Assembly: GCA_965649765.1 (NCBI GenBank)
Contig: OZ287751.1
Span: 73,346,001 to 73,410,000, forward strand
Origin: Bispira polyomma
Taxonomy: Eukaryota
DNA length: 64,000 bases
Direction of reading: 5' to 3'
In this document: positions 48,314-61,174 of the stretch, piece after piece
Position numbering within the stretch: position 1 is the stretch's first letter
Layout: every line of letters starts with the position of its first letter
Notes under the pieces: model-generated
The model's database searches: none
Told to the model about the DNA's origin: nothing
Seen by the model: only the letters and a program-made list of their open reading frames with translations
Made by a program: the position numbers and the translations under genes

Positions 48314-48674
48314 CTGCAGCCAGCAGAAGCAGTAGCTCTTCTGCATCCATTGCAACAGCATTGACATAGTCTAGCAGACAGGCATTGCCCTCGAAGCTCT
48401 GGGTGGTGTTGCAGTGCACTGGTTGACCTGTCAGAGAGCAGTTGCTTGTGTTCACCAGACCAAGGTGGAATCCTTGGACGGAGTCTTCCTGGTAACCCAT
48501 GCTCGTGGAGATGTTGTAGTGTGTGCTGTCATCCAATTTAAAGTAGACCTGGTGTAGGTCTGAGCCGTTTGTACCATAGGCAGACACTTCCACTGTGCAT
48601 TGCCTAGCCTTGACCTTGGTAAGCCAGATCAACAACAAGAAAGGGGTCAGTACGATTTCATTTACTAGCTTCAT
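48314..48674 (-). CDS. Secreted ILEI/PANDER-like + PAN-like protein, coding exon 1 (signal peptide and ILEI N-half)
   Basis: MKLVNEIVLTPFLLLIWLTKVKA signal-like; QGFHLGLVNTSNC..LLDYVN..LLLLAA G|gtaag. Confidence 0.8.
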
Positions 48675-48779
48675 TGTGTTTTGTTTGGTTATTACTAAAT
48701 CCCCTGTCAAGAATTTATTTTAAAAATATGTCTCCTTTTGTATTGGTTTAATGGTGTTTTCCGTCTTGAATTGAATAGA

Positions 48780-49660
48780 CCTGAAAACGTCAAATTGTAC
48801 ATGTAAAATACTTTTGCTGTTAGTTTAATGGCTCTTAATGTACATATCTGCACATTTCTAGTTATAAATCTCTTTTAGTTCTAAAAGAATACAGTAGAAA
48901 CGTCTATCATCCAAACATTACATTTTATGAACTCTATTTCTGTCTCCCAAATGTATAGTTGCCTATTGTCTGGGTTTTTTTCTGTTGGTTTATTCTTTTT
49001 TTGTGTACAAATATGCAAATCTCAGATTGTCATTAATGGATTTCTTCTAGTTATATGGATTTGGTCACTAATTTAGAAGAATCTCTGTTACCCTAACTGA
49101 TAGCATCCAAATAATTTGATTTGATGGATTTGTATTATGATACTGAAACACGACAAACTATCTAATTATCAGAACAATATATCACTGTCCCAATAATATG
49201 TTCCACTGTACAATCTTGTCTAGAATGTAAAGCCTGTCTGTGCGTTCTTTTTTTTTATTTAAACTGATTGTCCCATTATTGTCTCTTGAGTATGTTGAGA
49301 AGATTTTATAGACTTTTTCTAGACATAATTGTTAAGCAAATATGAAGCAATCTCCGTGTTTAACTTCTTAATATGTGATGCTAACCCCCTAAGCATTTAA
49401 TTGATTGCATGTGTGCTAATATATCAAGTTACAATAGGCCTGTGGTTTAAATTATTGACCTTTTGTTGTAGTCCTGCTGTCTAATTGCTTTTGGGGGCGA
49501 TTAACAATTGGAAAAAGTGCAAAGTAGAACAAATAATCTGTCTAATATAGTGAGATTCCTTTTACTGTTATTTGGATAGGATAAAAATGAGAAGGGGGCT
49601 CCAATCGGCGTTCTAGCAGTAAAATACAGCCGTATATTAAGCAACAGAATACTCTTGTCT
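48780..49660 (-). mobile_element. Probable very decayed L1/Tx1 ORF2 C-terminal relic
   Basis: Fragments such as IWETEIEF and LRAIKL; weak by-eye similarity only. Confidence 0.4.
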
Positions 49661-50627
49661 AAAGTTTGGGTTAAGCTATGTTCACATGCATACTAACACC
49701 CAACACGGTATACACGACTATTACCAGTACTGATTACCAGTACATAAAGTTTTGTGGTTTGTTTTTAAACCATAACTTTCTCACTACCTTTAACACACTT
49801 GGTAATTCTTTCAATATTAAATGACGAAAATGATCCAACAAGCCTATGTGTCCTACAAGTACACGATTACTTTTATTAAATTCTGTACAGGTAAGCACTG
49901 CAATTTTTGTCATTTACACGAGCCATACAGGCCAAACAAATATGTAAGTAGCCAAAATTTTGTGTGAATAGGTGATCGTAGTTATACTTTCATCCTTAAG
50001 GCTATGTTGCATCTAATATATACATATATACTGAAAATTGAAATGACATAAATGTACACAAATATGCACCACAGTGTATTTTAAGGATTTTGGTGAGATC
50101 AAGTTAAGGACTTTGCTTAATATCATATCTGGCATCCTTTAACTTGATATATTAGCTACCAACAGGATAAAATATTGGGCCAAGTGTTTCTATACAACAA
50201 AGGTAGTCATTTATAAAATATGCTCGTGTATTAAATATCGCATATTTTAATTAGGCAATTATGTATGAAATGTGAGGACAGATGACTTCATCCTACTGGG
50301 GTTTTACTTGGTTTAAGGAATCATGCAGGTCAAATGAAATACTTGATTTGCCTAATAGTAAGACTGCAATAATAATTGTTCATTGTATTTTGTGACCTAT
50401 CATTCAAACTTACTGAATGGTATATCACATTTAATTCAAGCCAAAAATACTACTTTTCAACGTAATGTGGTAGATTAAAAATAAAGTAGTTTTGTGATCA
50501 TCATAGTTAATTAATTAAACTGTTAGAAACCAATATATTGTGTATTTTTTGCATTTTTGTGTTAAAGCGAATATGTTGACTTACTATAAAATGCTGATCA
50601 GACTATTCATGTAATATGATCTAAATG

Positions 50628-51090
50628 TATCCACCGGAAAACTATGGATACTATGGATTAGTCATCGTTACGCCGCCGCCACATCAGTATGTGTAGAGAT
50701 TTTACCGTTACCGCTCTCCTGGGAAAACTTCTACACCTAGGCTCCTGAAATTTACAGGAAATGTTCTTTTTTACAAAAGCTTGCCTGGGAGTAATTTTGG
50801 CCTTATTTTGACAAACAAAATGGCCGCCACAGGCGTTTCTTTAAAAATAATCAGGTTTTTAACCGTGTCTGTTTCTCATCTGTGTCTGTATTTTTAACGG
50901 ATATATATGTCCTTTATAAGCATGCAGACATTTGACCCTGAATCTCCTCATTCAAGGTGATCGACAGAGAGCCAAATTACCCCAAGTTACTGATTTTGCC
51001 CAAACTTTCCCTAGTGCCTATATCTCACTTAATATTGGTCCTAGAGTTTTGGGATCTGAAACCAACCTATAGGAAATCATAAGAAGGGAA
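50628..51090. mobile_element. Probable non-autonomous interspersed repeat (Helentron/HINE-like start)
   Basis: atccacc..ggatactatggattagtc..cgccgccgcc start and internal aaaatggccgcc motif. Confidence 0.35.
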
Positions 51091-52664
51091 TCTTTTATTT
51101 AATTTTTATAATCTATGTATAATTTAGCAATTTATCGAAAAATCGGACAAGTTAATGACAACTCATGTAGTCATTTTAAATAACAACACATCAAGGTGCT
51201 CACTTCAAATTTTTATGACCATATCTTAAACTCAATTTAAGGTGACCCTGTTAAATTAAGGGCACATCAAAAAGTAACTTTAGATGACCCTCCAGAAGTA
51301 ACGGCACCTTAAAAATTAAGTATGATATAACAAAATCAGTATTAGGGCATGGAGGAAATATGGCCTGATACAAGATGTTTTTTATCATCTAACAATTATA
51401 TTTCAATCTCATTCAATGAAGATCTGATCAGAGGCAATGTCAAGTTACAGTTTTCTGTCCCTGAGGTACTTTTTGGCTTGTTTGGTCATATGGTACAACC
51501 GGTATACCGGCCAGTATGCTGGTGTAAAAGTGGTACTTATTTTTAGGTGGTATCAGAAAATCTGTAGAATATAAGAAGATTATTTACTTATGTGGTAAGT
51601 CAAACTGTTTGTCTATTAGTGTTTGGGTCAGCACCATTTACATGAATGTTTCTGTAACTAACAATCGATTTTATGTTTTTACGATAGGCAAGGATTTGGT
51701 TTAAATCTAAATATATGATCCTAGTTATTATATATTCTCTATTTCTGATAATTACTCAATAATATTTAGGAGACTATGTTTTAGTCATTTCTTTTGATTA
51801 TTGTTCTTTTTTAAGGTTGATAGTATTCATCAGTGAATTCCTTTTTGTTTTTTAAGACAATAAAACGAAAATAAACTGCCATGTTTGTTTTAGTTATAAA
51901 TTTGATATTTATTAAATATATGTATCTTTTTATTCAATATGTGAATAAAAAATTCCAATTAACGTGATATTTATTTATTGATGTACACTCTTATTTAGAA
52001 GTCCACAGGGGTGATTTCTTCATCTAATGTGATATGGGGTCGATTATGTACTCCCAATTATCACATGGGGGCATGTTTATTTTCCTAACAGAGGGAAACA
52101 AGGAAGGTATGTTGCTCTTTTTGGAGCAAATGCCTGTATGAGTCTTCTCATCCAGGTTCATCCTTGAGGGTTCGGAGGTATTGATTTGGAGTGGATCTTA
52201 AATTCTAAATTCTGATCTCGGTTTAGATGGTCCTGGTTAAGGGGATCCCTGCTACAGATTGGGACTGATGGGGATTAGCATCTTTTTTAATTTACTTAGC
52301 TTAGTTGGTGCGTAAGTAACTTCTGTTTTGATATCAACTGTTTGGTGAAGATCTGGTTTGAAGTGTGCTTTGATTATTTGAGACTTATTACATTCTAGTC
52401 TCTTTTCAGCCTCCCTGCTTTAATATATTTGGGAGCATCAGTTGATGATTTTTATTACAATTGTGGCACCAGTAATTCCATCTGTTAGTAATGAGAGGAT
52501 CTTAATGTGTACAGTCTGTGCACTGGCAGGAGGAGTTGCAACAGTTTTGTTTTTGTTCAGCTGCCTTGTTTTTGAATGGCATCACTTTTTAATTAGGTAT
52601 TCGGTAGTTCTGCCTATATTGAAAGCTACTTTACTCTTTGGGTTTTTAACACTAATTTTGGGTG

Positions 52665-52810
52665 GTATTTCAATAAATCATGCTTCCTGGTGAGGAAAAT
52701 GTGACACTTCTTACATTGATATTTTAAAGAGTAGTGTATTTCCTGCTTATGCCTATTAAGACTGCTATTGCTTTCATGTGCTTTATTACATTCACCACAT
52801 TTATATCCGG
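52665..52810 (-). pseudogene. Two tandem C2H2 zinc fingers, probably part of a TE ORF relic
   Basis: YKCGECNKAHESNSSLNRHKQEIH and YQCKKCHIFLTRKHDLLKYH (second finger degenerate). Confidence 0.65.
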
Positions 52811-55124
52811 GTTTTTTACATAATAAGAACCACTGTGTGTGAAATGTTGTATCATGAATAATGGTGTGATTGGTATCCAATTTGTGACGTAATATAATTG
52901 GTATGACATATTGGTGACCAATTTACATCACGGTCAATTGTGACATATGGTTTGTATGTGTCATATATGTGTGCATATACTTTTGGGGAATTTTTAAAAG
53001 TATCAAAAATTGTCAAAACTTTGCCTGAAATATTACTGTTATATTATATTACTTATTCTTATTAATAATATAAAGTATATGACATATTTATCTTATGCGA
53101 TAATTAACAGTAATTATGCGATAATTAACAGCGTTTATGCAATAATATTATCTTTTGTATGATTTGGGCATATATGAAGGGAGAAGTCATACAGAGTCCA
53201 ATATGTGACAAAATATACCAACAATCACATATATGGTTGATGCCAATTGGTGCTAAAGTGTGTAATTTGCAGGTGTGGGTTTAATTGCTGATGCTTTATG
53301 TTTATAAATTCCTTTTCTAAATGCTCTTCTTTTTGCCGCAATTGGTATAATTAATTAAGTAAATTATATTATTTAATTAAATGTGTTTAGGGAGTTTGTT
53401 AACTGGGGATTTAGATTTGTTGAATGCACAATGTACTTCCTTAATCTGATGGATTAGTTGACAGTATTTATACCTTCCCAATCTGGCACACACCCTGTGT
53501 TTTGGTATTGCTAGTGGTAGGTCTTCCTAAGGATACTGAATATTTGCAGTAGTTAATTTGTCACGGAAATTGGTGGGTTTGGGAAGACCAAACAATAGAA
53601 TCCCATGGAACAGAAATAAATGCAATTACCTTTAACACTATAGATCTTATTTCCCATTACACTACTTGGAAATGATATAAAGCCCTATGATAACTTAAAG
53701 AACCTTGGGGCGGTATGCAAGGATCAACTTCAGATCAAAGAAAAAAGTTTAAAGTTATCCTTCAGTGATTACCTTAAATGGTGGTTCCACTATGCCGATT
53801 TGGTCCCTGACCTTTTACAATTTTGAGGTCTGGGTGTGTCCGTATAGGTCCGGGGGCAAAAACAGGGTAGTCAGGAAGGATATTCAATATTTTTGATATT
53901 TTCTAAAAGTACCCCGACTTACCTCCCCGACCTCTAAAAGTGGGACGGTCGGCATCGGCAAATAAATTCAATCGGATTGTCATTATGTTCTGTCTGATAG
54001 GTCTTATCTTACTCCAGGCCTGTGCTAACACTGGCCTGTTAAAAAGTATAAGTTGGGGGCAAACGGGGCGTTCGGGAAGAATATAAAACCATTTTGTCAG
54101 TTATTTTGCCATAACACTCCCGACTAATTTTGGACGTACGATCCTGATGGTCGTGGATATGGATCTGTCAGATCCTATTGGCAATGCGTTCGATCCTAGG
54201 GCGATAGGTCAGATCCTATTATGAGTAAGTTCTATCCTAACCTGGGTCGGGGAGGACGAGGCAGTTTAAGTACAGACTTCAATTTTGATTGTGGTCAGTG
54301 TTTCGTCAGTGTTTCCAGGTGTGGTTTATTCATGATCAATTCACTAGAGCTTGTGTCAACAAATACTTTGATGATGTTTTTCTGGAAGGTGGCTATTGCC
54401 AGCCCCTCGTTGAAATTCATGACCTCATCTGGTGTGAGTGTGATCAAAGGATCTGTATTGCAACTTTTATCTACAGATTTAACCCTGCTTTCATCTGTGT
54501 TGAAAGCAATAGATCTGGAGTTTTTATTACTGAGTGATAAATCAAGGTGTTTAGCCATAATTTGTATTTTAGTGTCATCTGATGCACTGCTTTCTGAGTT
54601 GCTCAATTCCAGGTCGCACTTAACAGTCTCTATTCGTATGATTGTTGATCTCAATATTCTTTAGATGAGCTGAGGATGTCTCGGCTCTGTTCTCAGTTAG
54701 CTCAAAAATGTCATTGATTTCTAATTGAGAGACAAACTTTAGAAAGTTTGATCATGTCTTTATGCCTCCTATATTTTTTGTTACAAATCAGGCCGTTGTG
54801 GGTTGCTCCATGAGTATTGATCTTATGTCTTTTTAACTAGTATTTCTAGTAAAAGCCTTCTGGCATATCCCACATATAAACCTTGCTCTAAAATCGATAT
54901 TCAGAACACAAAATAAATAACTTAATATTGTTGAATTGAAAATATATCCAGCCTTACTGTCAGGGCAGATGGTAAACTAGAAACGGTAATTATATGTCTT
55001 TCATCAATAATAGTTTTATATATGTTGTTTCTATTATTTTTGTGTACCCTGCTTATTTAAGGGAGTCCATATACAGACAAATAATAATACATAAGTGTGC
55101 AAGAATGACAAAAATGGCCTCTAG

Positions 55125-56370
55125 TTAAATAAATTGGTTAATTCCGACTGGATGGATAGCCACAATTTTCCACATCCGCCATTTCTCTGTCATTTTTCTA
55201 TGATCTGATTTGGGAGTGTTATATTTTAGGGAACACCATTCCAATATAGAGAATTGCATGTCCTTAAAAGAATGTCTCGTGACATTTGGACTGTTTGGAA
55301 ACATAGTAGAAGGTAATGCCAAAGTGATGATCCCTCGTGCGTTTGTTCCGTGACATTGCCTAACGGATGATATCGTTCCAGAAACGTCTCCGTTTTGTCT
55401 TCTGTGACGATTGTTTCAAACTGTTTGAAACAATCATGTCACAGCCCCGTTTCTCTGTTCATCCCAGAATGTTTCTGAAAGTAGCTCTACATAGTAGTAG
55501 GTAGCAAGGAAGTCCCAGTAAGAAGTGAGATCGTCTCCACTCGTCTCTGTTAGTCAAGAAAAGTTTCACTAGGTAGCAAAACGCACCAAAACGCAGCCGT
55601 AAATAGCATACAGTAAATCTACGTAGTAGTAGGTAGGGATATCCTACCCGTAAAGTCTTTGTTTTTTTCTTCCGCTCGTGAAGTGTCTAGATACAGGAAT
55701 AATTCTGTTATCCTTTGGTTTGGAGACAGATAGTCTGTGTTCATATATCCTTGCTCTAAAAGAGCGACCTGTCTCAACAACATAGTACTTACCACACTTT
55801 TCGCATGTGATTAAGTATATGTCACTTAGTTCAAATGTGACTCGTTTGGGAAGATTAGTAGTAAATATCTTCTCATTGGATATTTTTCCTACTATTTCTG
55901 TTTTTTGTTTGATCAGAGGACGGTAGGTGCACTTGCCAAGTCTTGTGCAGTGTTTTGAAAGGATTTGTTTGGTTTGTAGCCCATTGGGTGGGTAAGAGAT
56001 TGAAGCATTGGTAAGTAGATCCCTGAGGTTGGGTAATCTCCTGAAATGAATTAGTAGTTCTTTACTGAACGTTTTAGCACAGTCATTACTGTGTTTCATG
56101 ATGTTATTGAATGAATCCTTTGATGTCTGGGTTGTCAGGGTTACATTTTGTGACCATGACTGGGTTGGTTGAGGGAATTTTTCTGTTTTACCTCAAGTAA
56201 TTCATCTTGTGTGAATTTGGCAGCCTTAAGCATGTGCTTTTTAAGTGGTTTAAGTGGGTACCCTCTGGTTAGGTAGTGCTTAAGCATGTTGATTCTATGG
56301 TGTATGAAATCCTCGTTTTTGGTGCAAATTTTTCTGATTCTTAAAAATTGTCCAAAGCGTCCCTTAGTGT
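55125..56370 (-). mobile_element. Penelope-like element 3' relic (RT thumb, linker, GIY-YIG endonuclease)
   Basis: GQFLRIRKIC, YLTRGYP, RRLPNLRDLL, IYLITCEKCGKYYVVETGRSFRARIYEH, VSRHF, HPVGIN*. Confidence 0.9.
55273..55677. mobile_element. TIR-less internal fragment of the Harbinger MITE family, inside the GIY-YIG domain
   Basis: Aligns to about 63370-63632 and to 25798-26327 in reverse. Confidence 0.8.
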
Positions 56371-56420
56371 GGCAGGGTCTATGATGGGCTGATGACTCCT
56401 TAATTGCCTCTCCTCGTCAA

Positions 56421-57450
56421 GTGGCTCATATTCCAAATAAAGTGCAGTATAAGAGGTACCCCCATATAATCATGTCTGACCTCCGTTCTCATCTCAAAAA
56501 TACTTCCTTCGTTAAGTCTCTAGCCAATTCTGTAGTCGATCTTTATGAACAACACATACATGATTTAGGTGATGTTGTCGATAGGCATGCACCATTTGTA
56601 TCTAGACTGACAAAGAAAGATTTTGCGCATTGATTGTCTGATTCTTACTGACTTGCAAAGTCTATTAGGCACCAATTCGAAAGAACTTGGTGAAGGGCCA
56701 AGAATCCATGGAATAGAAGTCGGCTATGTCACCGAATTGCTCGGTGCAATATACTTGTAAACAAGGATAAGTCAGACTATAACAGAAAACTGATCTCAGA
56801 CAATAGTCACAACTCTAGAAAGTTATGACATGGGCTGTGCAAGACCCTGACTATGGTTTCCAAAGTGACAATTCCATCCCAGGAATCTGATAAGTCATTA
56901 ACTGACCAGTTTGCTTCCTTTTTTTTAGACAAAATTAGAGATACTTTGGTTCTTGCTGGCACTGAAAATGATGTTAATCCTCATTCTGATCCTCCAGAAA
57001 TTTTTACCTTTACCAAAGTCTCTGAAGATGCTGTTAATAAAATAATTAGTAACTCACCAGCAAAATCCTGCATGATGGATCCATGGCCAACATCTCTCAT
57101 CAGGAATGTAGTGATATATTACTCCCATCAATTACAAAGTTGGTTAACTGCTTACTTATTGAGGGACATGTACCTGATGGTTTCAAAACCGCTGTGGTTA
57201 CTCCTCTTGTTAAGAAGGCTTCTCTCCTACCTGATAATTTAAAGGACTATCGCCCTGTATTTGGTCTTAGTTTCATATCAAAACTGGTTGAGCATGTTAA
57301 ATCATATCCATGTCCACGACTTAGACAAGCCATACCAGTCTGCATTTGAAACAGGTCATTCAGACTGAGACAGCTCTTCTGTCCATAAAAAATAAAGTTC
57401 ACTTATCCTTGTCAAGAGCCGAACATACTGCCTTGGTGTTGCTCTACCTC
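56421..57450 (+). mobile_element. L2-clade LINE ORF2 relic
   Basis: VDRHAP, KSCMMDPWPT, FKTAVVTPLVKK, YRPVFGLSFISKLVE, YQSAF, TETALL, VLLYLS. Confidence 0.9.
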
Positions 57451-57606
57451 TCAACTGTTCAAAGGTGGCAGATGTATTCTTCTGGGATAGGTGCACATAA
57501 ACCTGGGTGTCATTTGCGTAAAAATGAAACTTAATATCTTTATATTTGCCAATCACCAAACTGAGAGGAGCAGTGTACAATGAAAACAACAAAGGGCCCA
57601 AAACAG
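57448..57606 (-). mobile_element. Inverted L2 RT core fragment
   Basis: SVLGPLLFSLY..FHFYANDTQVY on the opposite strand. Confidence 0.85.
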
Positions 57607-57899
57607 ACAAACACAAACACACCACATTGTATGAGACTTTACCCCCTTTACATATTAAGAAGTTGCCTTTTTTTCACATATCGCGTTTCAAACCATTCAA
57701 TATTATTATGTCCATAAAAGTTGAAACTACGAGTTTTGCTATTTTTAGGAGACTTTCCTCCCCTTGTTTATTTACAACTATTACTGGTAATACTACATTG
57801 AACAGTTGACAGTTCTTGTTTTACCTTTGAAAAACTGAAATAATTTTTGCACCACTGGTTTTCTGAACAATTAAATCCCTAAATTTAGAACCATATACC

Positions 57900-58830
57900 A
57901 TTCTGGTGAATACTCTGTGCTTATTTTTAACCACTGCACTCCTAAATTTTTTGATACTGTCTCAGTACATACATTGGTCTTATGACTGCCGTGGCATGTC
58001 TCACACGTGTGCTTATAAAACTGGGTGCCCGTTTTGTGGCTAGCCGGATATTTACACGCCCTGTCAGAACCTACATGCAACCAACCCTTCTTTAGCCCGT
58101 TTTTTTTCAGTCCGTTGTTGGCACCATGGGTAACCGAATTTGAAAAAGCAGTATTAGAGACCACATGCCTCTGAGCGTCGGCCCTGCGAATTCTTTCAAC
58201 TTTGTGGATATCCGTCCAATTTAGCTTGTCCATCTCCATGTTGGTTAATATAACTGCATGGCAAGCTTTGGCGGGTTCCCAGGAAAAAACCCTGAGCATT
58301 CTCCATTAAACTCCCTATGTAGTCCAACATGACTGACCTGACCTTGGGACATTTTTTGTCCGGAATTACGCGCGTGAATCCCCAGACCCATTGGACCAAA
58401 GACAGGTCATCATACATGAGCTTTGAACTATCGGACAAGACGTGGTTCTGAGGCCAGTCAACAGCACGTTTTACAATATCATCCACACTACCCCCCTTTG
58501 GGATTAAACCCTACCTAGAGAGAGGTTTTTATTGCCGGTCTTTAGTTCAGTGAACCACTGCTCAACTTGGGTCTGAATTAAGGAAATCAAAGTTGGGTAT
58601 AATACTATCATTATTCTCACCCACAGGGCCACTGTCAAAGCTCACAGAACTAGATACAGAAACAGGATTACCAGCCTTTGTCGTGTTGGTTGGCGATGTC
58701 TCGATTAACTGCACCTGCTTGTCTATCTTATCCATGACATGGCTTATATTCTGTAACTGTTGTGTGATAGCTTCCAAAACCGAATTCTCACCAATAGAAG
58801 AGGACTGCAGGGTACTGCTGCCTTGGTAAG
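57900..58830 (-). mobile_element. Ngaro/DIRS-type gag relic (fourth YR element)
   Basis: SQRGG..DWPQNHVL..YDDLSLVQWVWGF..FSWEPAKACHAVIL..RIRRADAQRH..HTCETC..H. Confidence 0.8.
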
Positions 58831-59163
58831 TCTGAATACCAACAATACAATGCTTCCCCGTTGGTCGTTCATGTTTCTATAAGCACTTAGAACAAGAGTA
58901 GACTTTTGGAAGAGGCAGAACTAGGTTTTCGAAATCAATGTAAAATCAAAGATAAAATACTAAAAAGCTAAAATAAACAACATATAAATCCCAGTATGCC
59001 ACGTATAATCAAGTTTTTAATTACTTATTGTTCTGCAAACTTCGAAAAGGCGGCAAAAGTATGGGGGCGTTTGCTTTTATACCCAGTGACAGAGCTCTGC
59101 CTTCTCACCATTAACCTGGTACCCCAGCACTGAATTTGGTATCACTGAGGCGTTACCCCATAA

Positions 59164-59358
59164 TATGGTCAGTTTATTACAGTCTGTCTACTATATGGTC
59201 AGTATATTACAGTCTGTCCACTGTATGGTCAGTGTATTGAGGTCTGTCTATTATATGGTCAGTGTATTGAGTTCCGTCCATTATATTGCCAGTGTATTAC
59301 GGTCTGTCCGCTATATTGTCAGTGTATTGAGGTCTGCCCATAAGATGGTCAGTGTATT
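59164..59358. repeat. 30-bp minisatellite, ~6.5 copies
   Basis: Unit approximately tatggtcagtgtattgaggtctgtccatta. Confidence 0.93.
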
Positions 59359-60573
59359 AAAACTGCTTAAAATTTATGATATGTAAAATATTACAGCCCA
59401 ACAGGCTAATAACATGATAATAATAGCCAACTAATATATAGACTAAAAATAAAATTAGATTAAAGAACTTCTAATATAAATAAGCCATATGTCTCTATAC
59501 CTAAAGGAAGACATGGTCCAACCCCTCTAAATCAAAGAGTTATAATAGAGCTAGCCATTCAAGGACATATAATAACTTTTTAACGAATAATTATTGGTCA
59601 ACATTTTTAAAAGTTCAAAAGCATTGCCATTGGCCAATAAATAAGATTATTAGAATCAGCCACAATATCCGAACTTGCGTTTCAATAGTACCAGTCCGTT
59701 TCATAAGCTCTGAGTTGACATCCGTCAACGAAAGTACCGCCTGCGTCAGCTGTTCAAATTGTTGAGCCACATCTGTCGTCTGGAGGGTATCACTGCCATT
59801 CTTCTGCTGAATAGTATCACGGTCATTCTTCTGGAGAGTGTCACTGCCATCCATCTGAAGATTAAGCTCTGTAACTGGATATCTGCTTTCAGCCTCCGCC
59901 CTCGTTCTGACTACACTTCTTGTCCCTGTACGTCAACTAGGAATCAAGTGGTCTGCTGAAGCTGCCACAGCTACTGGCATTGTTACATTAACCGGACCTC
60001 GACCCTGTGCTCCACCTGACGGTCCGAACAAGCTGTCACTAGTCCCTTTCTGTTTTGTTTTCTTAAGCTTTTCCCTGATACACTGGCCATTGGTGGTACA
60101 GTGATTCTGCTGGTTCTAGCCGATTCTTTCCGACCAACACTTATCCCTTGCTTCAGTTTCTTGAAACTCCTCATAATTAACACTAGAAACAGTCAATTTT
60201 AAAAGCGAAAACACGGCTAGTTATGCGACAAAATCAGATAAAAAACCTTGACACCATCTTGGAATTCACATACAAATATTATAATTCATTTTGCTGTAAA
60301 ACTTTCAATAATCCATGCTGTTTTTAAAACACTATCTGATGTTAACACATCAACAATAAAATTATATGTCCGTCCCAGTTGGTGCCAAAAATGAAATGCG
60401 ATGACCAACGCTGCCTACGAAAGAAGTGCGGCTCAGTGTCCCTAACCTTAGTCATTGAATGTGCTTGCTACTAGCCTGCGTTCTCTAAACCTTACCAAAC
60501 TTTAGGTAACAAAACTCTCATTGATCTTTCTACCTCTGTAACTATCTGCCATACATACTATTTCTTCTAATTA

Positions 60574-61174
60574 TGGGGCTGTCCCACTATCCCGATAATA
60601 GCTCCTGACCGTCCCGATTATACAATCGGGAGCTAATCAGGCCAATAATCGGAGCACTCGGGAAGTTGTTCCGACTTATCGTGGTCACCTGTGCCAATTA
60701 ACTAACATGTTAGAAAACCTCTGTGATTAGATGACCTGTGGCCGATAGGTAGGGGTCAATCATAAGCGGCTAACGAGTTATCTTTACCTTATAACGACTT
60801 ATCTTTCCCATCGATCTAAATCGTGAGTAAATTTTGCCATTTTGAAAAGGATTAATCGTCCCATCCATCCCGATTGGTCGGGAGCATTTAGCAGTTATCG
60901 TCCACTTCTCTTGAGTTATCCTGTCAAATGTTGAGGATAGGTCTTAAGGAATGCCCCGATGGTAAAGATAACTCGGGAATGTCATAAGAATAGGTCGTTA
61001 CCGTTGTAAAGATAACTCCGGAGAAGCGGTCAATAAATTGTAAAGAAGCCCGGACCGTGAAGATAGGTCGGGGCGACTAACGATAGGTCAGGCGGAAATA
61101 AATTGGGAGTGAAAGCTATAACTCTGGGGAAAATTGGGGGCGGGAGCGGTCCACTACCAGATGGGACCTTCAGC
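60574..61174. mobile_element. Probable Harbinger-type non-autonomous element; related sequence at ~53840-54250
   Basis: TTA on both flanks, imperfect TIRs sharing gtccca/tgggac, CpG-rich ccga/tcgg repeats. Confidence 0.45.

Noticed and set aside
54975-55012. Hammerhead after the Penelope ORF (ttgatgaaagac, minus strand)
   Set aside because: Lacks C3 and a correctly placed GAAA and stem II
59164-59386. CRISPR-like array or repeat protein
   Set aside because: Contiguous 30-bp units with no unique spacers, eukaryotic context; the ORF is a by-product of the period
59615-60183. Basic/coiled-coil ORF fragments, possibly a TE ORF1
   Set aside because: No diagnostic motif; cannot be assigned
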